DNA of 46,061 nt from an uncultured Woeseiaceae bacterium (GTDB taxonomy: Bacteria > Pseudomonadota > Gammaproteobacteria > Steroidobacterales > Woeseiaceae), in assembly GCA_964462665.1 (NCBI GenBank), contig CAYWYT010000001.1, positions 1 through 46,061 on the forward strand, written 5' to 3'. Within the stretch, counting starts at the first letter, position 1; each line of letters starts with the position of its first letter. Made by a program: the position numbers and the translations under genes. Shown in pieces: positions 42,290-46,061 of this stretch. The notes beneath the pieces were generated by a model. It saw only the letters and a program-made list of their open reading frames with translations. It did not search any database and had not been told where the DNA came from.

Positions 42290-42512
42290 AACTCGTACCT
42301 TTTCAATGGCTTTCGTCGTGCGCAATTTGAAACGACGTATTGCTGTGCGGCCGCACCGGCAGATTCTAGCATAGCAATCCGGCAGTTCTGTGATGTACAT
42401 ATCAAGCTGGCATTGGATTGCGACCGGCATGAAATGGTCCAATTCGCTGTAGACGGCACTACTTGCGGCAGCTATTCTCCCGCCAAACCAGTAACAGAAT
42501 GTTCACCAGATA

Positions 42513-43295
42513 TTGAATAAACCACTCATATACATCGGCGCCATACGTCGATCGGGCTCGACGATGTTGTGTGAGGCACTGACTCAGCTGCCTCATTCAC
42601 TGGTATTTAACGAACCGAATATCGCTTCTGACCAGTTCGTCATTCGCCCCCATGAAGCCGCGCTACTACGCAGTATCGATATCGAGCTTGACGATTTCGT
42701 GCGTCGCTGGTCGATGTTCGGCCGTCGATTTCTGTTTCGCGGTGTGAGGACTAAGCTGTTTCCGCAAATCGCCCGCGACATCAGCCAAATCGGCATCAAG
42801 GAAATATTTCATGCAAACTGGCGGCGAATCGAAGCCGCATTTCCGGATCTCCGGATTGTGCTCACCGCCCGCGACCCGCGTGACATATACCTGTCACTCA
42901 AGAACCGTTACGAAGCGGGCACAGCGATTTGGGATGGAGTATTCTCACCTGAGCGAGTGGCCGAGTCCCTGAATGAGGAGTTTGGCTACCAGAAGCAGAT
43001 GCAAGACACACATAGCGTGCTCCAGGTTCGCTATGAAGATTTGTGTCTCGATTCGGCGATTCTGACGAGCGTGCTCGATTTCGTCGGCAGTGAAATCCAT
43101 GAAGTCGGGCGACTTGGTGGTTTTCTGGAATCTGACAGCAAGCGTATTGAAGAAAGCGAGCTGCATGGCGGAAAAATTACAGACAAAAGGGTCGCTCGGT
43201 GGCGATTCGAACCCGATAAAGGCAGAGTTCGTCAAGCGCATCGAGTCTACGAATTGATGCCGGAATACTGTGATTTTTGGGGCTACACTGAATAG
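42513..43295 (+). CDS. sulfotransferase
   Basis: IGAIRRSGSTMLCEAL (5'-PSB) and RIVLTARDPRDIYLSL (3'-PB RDPRD...S). TTG start in the track. Confidence 0.75.
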   Translation: MNKPLIYIGAIRRSGSTMLCEALTQLPHSLVFNEPNIASDQFVIRPHEAALLRSIDIELDDFVRRWSMFGRRFLFRGVRTKLFPQIARDISQIGIKEIFHANWRRIEAAFPDLRIVLTARDPRDIYLSLKNRYEAGTAIWDGVFSPERVAESLNEEFGYQKQMQDTHSVLQVRYEDLCLDSAILTSVLDFVGSEIHEVGRLGGFLESDSKRIEESELHGGKITDKRVARWRFEPDKGRVRQAHRVYELMPEYCDFWGYTE

Positions 43296-43302
43296 TATCC
43301 GC

Positions 43303-44835
43303 TTAATTCAGTTCTCTTTCCGGCCAGCGCTCGCGCCCCAGCATGCACCGGCAAATCCACAACGTACCGAAAAGATAAGCAAACCCAAAGATCAGCGGTA
43401 CGAACATCGCCCCGACGGCAATAAGTGTCACGAAGGGACCCGTGTCGCCGAGATAGCGTACGTCGATTAACCACACCAGTAACCCGCTGACCACTGCTCC
43501 TGACAATAGCCGACCGAGCGTCGACCAGTCCTGAAGGCGACCGAACGGAATCTGCATTACGAACGCCGCACGGCGAAAGTTGAAAAGCCTGGTAACAAGC
43601 GTACCGACAAGCCCTCCCAATGCGACACCGGGCAGCCCGAACGTCATTGCGCCTGCATAGCTCAGCACAGCTGAAGCCAGCAGTACGCCAGCGCTCACCT
43701 TGGCTACGAACGATCCCTGTTCGTAGACGATCAAGACTGTCGCCAGCTCGACACTCATCAATATCATTGCCAGCGAGTACACACGAATTATGGGGACTGC
43801 CTCCAGGTATTTGTCGGTAAACAAGACCTCGACCAACGGCGCCGCGAACAGCCAGATATAAACCACCGCGGGATAAACCAAAAAGCAAATAACCAAGTTT
43901 CCGCGGTTATTGAGCTCCAGCGACCGTGACACGTCGCCGGTTGCATGTGTTTTGCTCATCTTGGGGATAAGAACATTTCCGACAGATTTTCGCAGCAGCC
44001 GCAAGATCGAATTGAAGCTTCCGGCAATAGCGAACATCGCGAGTGCTTCCGGGATGAAGAATCCAACAACCAGCCATTGCTCGATCCGCCCGCGCGCTTG
44101 AGCAAGGATGCCGGAAAGACCGAACGGAAATGCAAATTTCATTTGTCTGCGCATTCCCGCCCATCGAAGAGACTGCAACCGGCTGCCGTACCGGGTCGCA
44201 CCGTAATAGACGAGTAGCACCATCTGTGCCGCTGCGAAGAAAAGAAGTGCTATAAAAATGCTCTCCAGATCGCGCGTGAACCACGCAGTCGCAGTAATCA
44301 ATACTGCGCGCAAGAGCGACAAGCAAATTATTGCCCGGGCCTGCCAACGAATGTCACCATCCGCATTTGGTAAAGTGAGTATTATCGACGACACGACCCA
44401 GAGAAACGCGAAAGCACCGAGTAGAGCATCTCTTTCAGTGAGCGCCCGAATCTGATCAGGCAACCAACTCTCGCCACTGGCTAGAGCCGCGGCGACGGGT
44501 AAGCTGACGATTGACAGAAACATTATTGTTTGACTAACGAAAGCTGCTCGTTCAACCGGTTCGGAGCGCGGCAAGAAATACAGCAAACTGCGCACCATGC
44601 CCATAGGCAGCAATAGGGTCAGGCTGTTGCCTACCAGCCAAAACAGTCGATACTGACCAAAGTCCGTAGGTGAAATCAATCGAACGAGCACCATCGGTAC
44701 CAGCAGTCGCAATCCGGCTTCAAATGCGTTAGCTAACGATAACCGCAACACTTCGCCGCGCGTACCTTGAATGCTTGTCATGGGTAGTTGTGTTTCCGTG
44801 ATCGAGCGTGCTGCCATGATGCCGATATCAAACAA
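43303..44835 (-). CDS. wzx: Wzx-type oligosaccharide flippase (MOP superfamily, Polysacc_synt)
   Basis: About 12-14 TM helices. The N-terminus ..LANAFEAGLRLLVPMVLVRLISPTDFGQYRLFW matches the family opening (..i..r.L.p..fG.y). The start is uncertain: TTG 44835, ATG 44817 or ATG 44781. Confidence 0.75.
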   Translation of the reverse strand: MFDIGIMAARSITETQLPMTSIQGTRGEVLRLSLANAFEAGLRLLVPMVLVRLISPTDFGQYRLFWLVGNSLTLLLPMGMVRSLLYFLPRSEPVERAAFVSQTIMFLSIVSLPVAAALASGESWLPDQIRALTERDALLGAFAFLWVVSSIILTLPNADGDIRWQARAIICLSLLRAVLITATAWFTRDLESIFIALLFFAAAQMVLLVYYGATRYGSRLQSLRWAGMRRQMKFAFPFGLSGILAQARGRIEQWLVVGFFIPEALAMFAIAGSFNSILRLLRKSVGNVLIPKMSKTHATGDVSRSLELNNRGNLVICFLVYPAVVYIWLFAAPLVEVLFTDKYLEAVPIIRVYSLAMILMSVELATVLIVYEQGSFVAKVSAGVLLASAVLSYAGAMTFGLPGVALGGLVGTLVTRLFNFRRAAFVMQIPFGRLQDWSTLGRLLSGAVVSGLLVWLIDVRYLGDTGPFVTLIAVGAMFVPLIFGFAYLFGTLWICRCMLGRERWPERELN

Positions 44836-45095
44836 TAATTGGAATCGGGCGTCCGCAATGCGGCGGGGAGGAACGTCTGGTCCGAAAGGATGCAGTGCCG
44901 CTTTCGGAAATCGGTGTTCGCCTGGAAGCCCATTTGTGGATTTTGGTAAATATGCGACCCCATCTCTCCCAAAACTGCTAACGTATCGCTGTAACAGCGA
45001 CTTAGGGAGGATTCCTGAGTGAATATTCTCTTGAGTAAGTCGGTTATGGTAGGGCAGCGCCTAAGCGAAAAAGATTAAGAAAGGCGCCGGTAATC

Positions 45096-45111
45096 TGTGA
45101 CGCAAGTCACA
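45096..45111. promoter_or_regulatory. perfect CRP/Vfr/Clp-type site TGTGA-N6-TCACA
   Basis: aatcTGTGAcgcaagTCACAgttt lies in the 460-bp divergent gap between wzx (-) and the FG-GAP gene (+). A GATAGT -10-like hexamer at 45132-45137 would put the site near -41.5. Confidence 0.55.
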
Positions 45112-45295
45112 GTTTTATAGCCAATTTCAAGGATAGTGTCACAGAACAAGGTGTAGTGTTTGCCTGCTGCCAATTAAGAAGAATCAAAACCTGAGCAGCC
45201 CGCCTCGCGCCAAATTACAAAAAAATTGAGACTTCAATGGCGGGCACCTATCCCAATGTTGGAAAAAAACAACACTATAACTAACAGGTATTATT

Positions 45296-46061
45296 ATGAA
45301 AAAGAGCGCTAATTCTTGTCCAGATAACCAGAATCCTGGGATATTCACGACGCGCAAGTCAGGTGGTTTCGTCCGCTCCGGTATTGCCGGCTGGGTGGCC
45401 ACTTTGGGCGTCCTGATCGTGGCACTCCCGGCTATTTCCGCGTTACAGGGAAATACGACCGTCGGCGACGTCAGTAGCGACGAAAATCGCACCCGTTCGG
45501 CTGCGATCGGCGACTTGAATGGCGACGGATTTCCCGATCTCGTGGTTGCAAATGAATCCGCGCAGCGAAATCAGATCTACTTTGGCGACGGCCTGGGCGG
45601 CTTCGGAGCAGCGGTCGACCTGGACAATCGGCAGGAAGTTACGGACTCAGTCGATCTTGCGGACGTTGACAATGACGGAGACCTTGATCTGGTGATCGGC
45701 AACCGCTCGACGACACAAGACAATCGCCTTTACACAAATAACGGCTCGGGTATTTTTCAGGCCAGAAATACGGCGGTCAACGACAGCACCTTTACGAGCC
45801 GCCAAACGAGTTCAGTTCGGTTCGCCGACCTCAACCAGGACGGCGATCCAGACATCGTCGTTGCCAATCGCAACTCGCGAAACGTTGTCTTACTTGGCAA
45901 TCCGGCAGCGGGCGTATTCGGGTTCCCAACTAACGACGATCTCGCTAACTCAGGTCAAACGGACTCCAGTTCAGTGGCCGTTGGCGATCTGAATGGCGAT
46001 GGTGTGCCTGAGATTGTGGTTGCGAATCGTCAAAATGCGAGAAACGATTTGTACATTAACA
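45296..46061 (+). CDS. FG-GAP/VCBS-repeat secreted protein, 5' part (continues beyond the window)
   Basis: My own translation from ATG 45296: MKKSANS...GIAGWVATLGVLIVALPAISA (signal/anchor). This is followed by at least four repeats of the type GDLNGDGFPDLVVAN..NQIYFGDG / DVDNDGDLDLVIGN..NRLYTNNG / ADLNQDGDPDIVVAN / GDLNGDGVPEIVVAN..NDLYIN. It is open to the window end and absent from the ORF track. Confidence 0.85.
   Translation, partial: MKKSANSCPDNQNPGIFTTRKSGGFVRSGIAGWVATLGVLIVALPAISALQGNTTVGDVSSDENRTRSAAIGDLNGDGFPDLVVANESAQRNQIYFGDGLGGFGAAVDLDNRQEVTDSVDLADVDNDGDLDLVIGNRSTTQDNRLYTNNGSGIFQARNTAVNDSTFTSRQTSSVRFADLNQDGDPDIVVANRNSRNVVLLGNPAAGVFGFPTNDDLANSGQTDSSSVAVGDLNGDGVPEIVVANRQNARNDLYIN

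Noticed and set aside
45096-45120. Reading CTGTGAC-gcaa-GTCACAG + TTTT as an intrinsic terminator
   Set aside because: No gene ends near it: wzx is transcribed away from it and the FG-GAP gene starts downstream. The stem is only 7 bp. The exact TGTGA-N6-TCACA core recurs at 16131, which favours a protein-binding site.
45184-45492. 102-aa minus-strand ORF overlapping the FG-GAP gene start
   Set aside because: It is antisense to a clearly repeat-structured FG-GAP coding frame, and its 3' part runs through the AT-rich promoter region. It has no motifs.
1-46061. Search by eye for mobile elements, tRNA/rRNA genes, CRISPR arrays and defence-system signatures (nucleases, helicases, toxins)
   Set aside because: No ORF showed transposase, integrase, Cas or restriction motifs. 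I noticed no regularly spaced direct repeats and no tRNA-like cloverleaf candidates in the intergenic gaps. This inspection was not exhaustive, so tRNAscan/ISfinder/minCED-type scans would be needed to confirm.

Overview
The window is essentially one ~41-kb Wzx/Wzy-type exopolysaccharide (EPS)/capsule locus. It looks like a Gram-negative, possibly marine gammaproteobacterial genome. That guess rests on an AlgD-like dehydrogenase, a GlyGly-CTERM tail and a GEMM-I riboswitch, and cannot be verified here. Supported gene content: 5 GT4 and 3 GT2 glycosyltransferases, one GT-C (ArnT/PMT-like) transferase, a Wzx flippase and a Wzy/O-antigen-ligase-like protein. There is also an OPX/PCP/BY-kinase export trio, a GDP-mannose 6-dehydrogenase and two AsnB-family homologues (one lacks the Cys nucleophile). 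Further genes are an SDR + GlpD-like FAD oxidoreductase pair, a NodU/CmcH carbamoyltransferase, a heparinase II/III-like protein and four diverged sulfotransferases. A tightly overlapped five-gene operon (GT2, DXD-degenerate GT2, small anchored protein, HTTM membrane protein, DCC thiol oxidoreductase) matches no pathway I know and is my best candidate for an undescribed system. The left 4.5 kb holds decay products: a phosphomannomutase 3' fragment abutting the 5' stub of a priming sugar transferase, and an ASPIC/UnbV remnant. It also holds a c-di-GMP-I riboswitch, with a sigma-54-type promoter match upstream, in front of two surface proteins. Two perfect TGTGA-N6-TCACA (CRP/Vfr/Clp-type) palindromes sit in divergent promoter regions, with weaker copies in other intergenic gaps. 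No rRNA, tRNA, CRISPR, transposase or integrase was seen. Many ORF-track entries are antisense or out-of-frame shadows, and several real genes were trimmed to internal starts.
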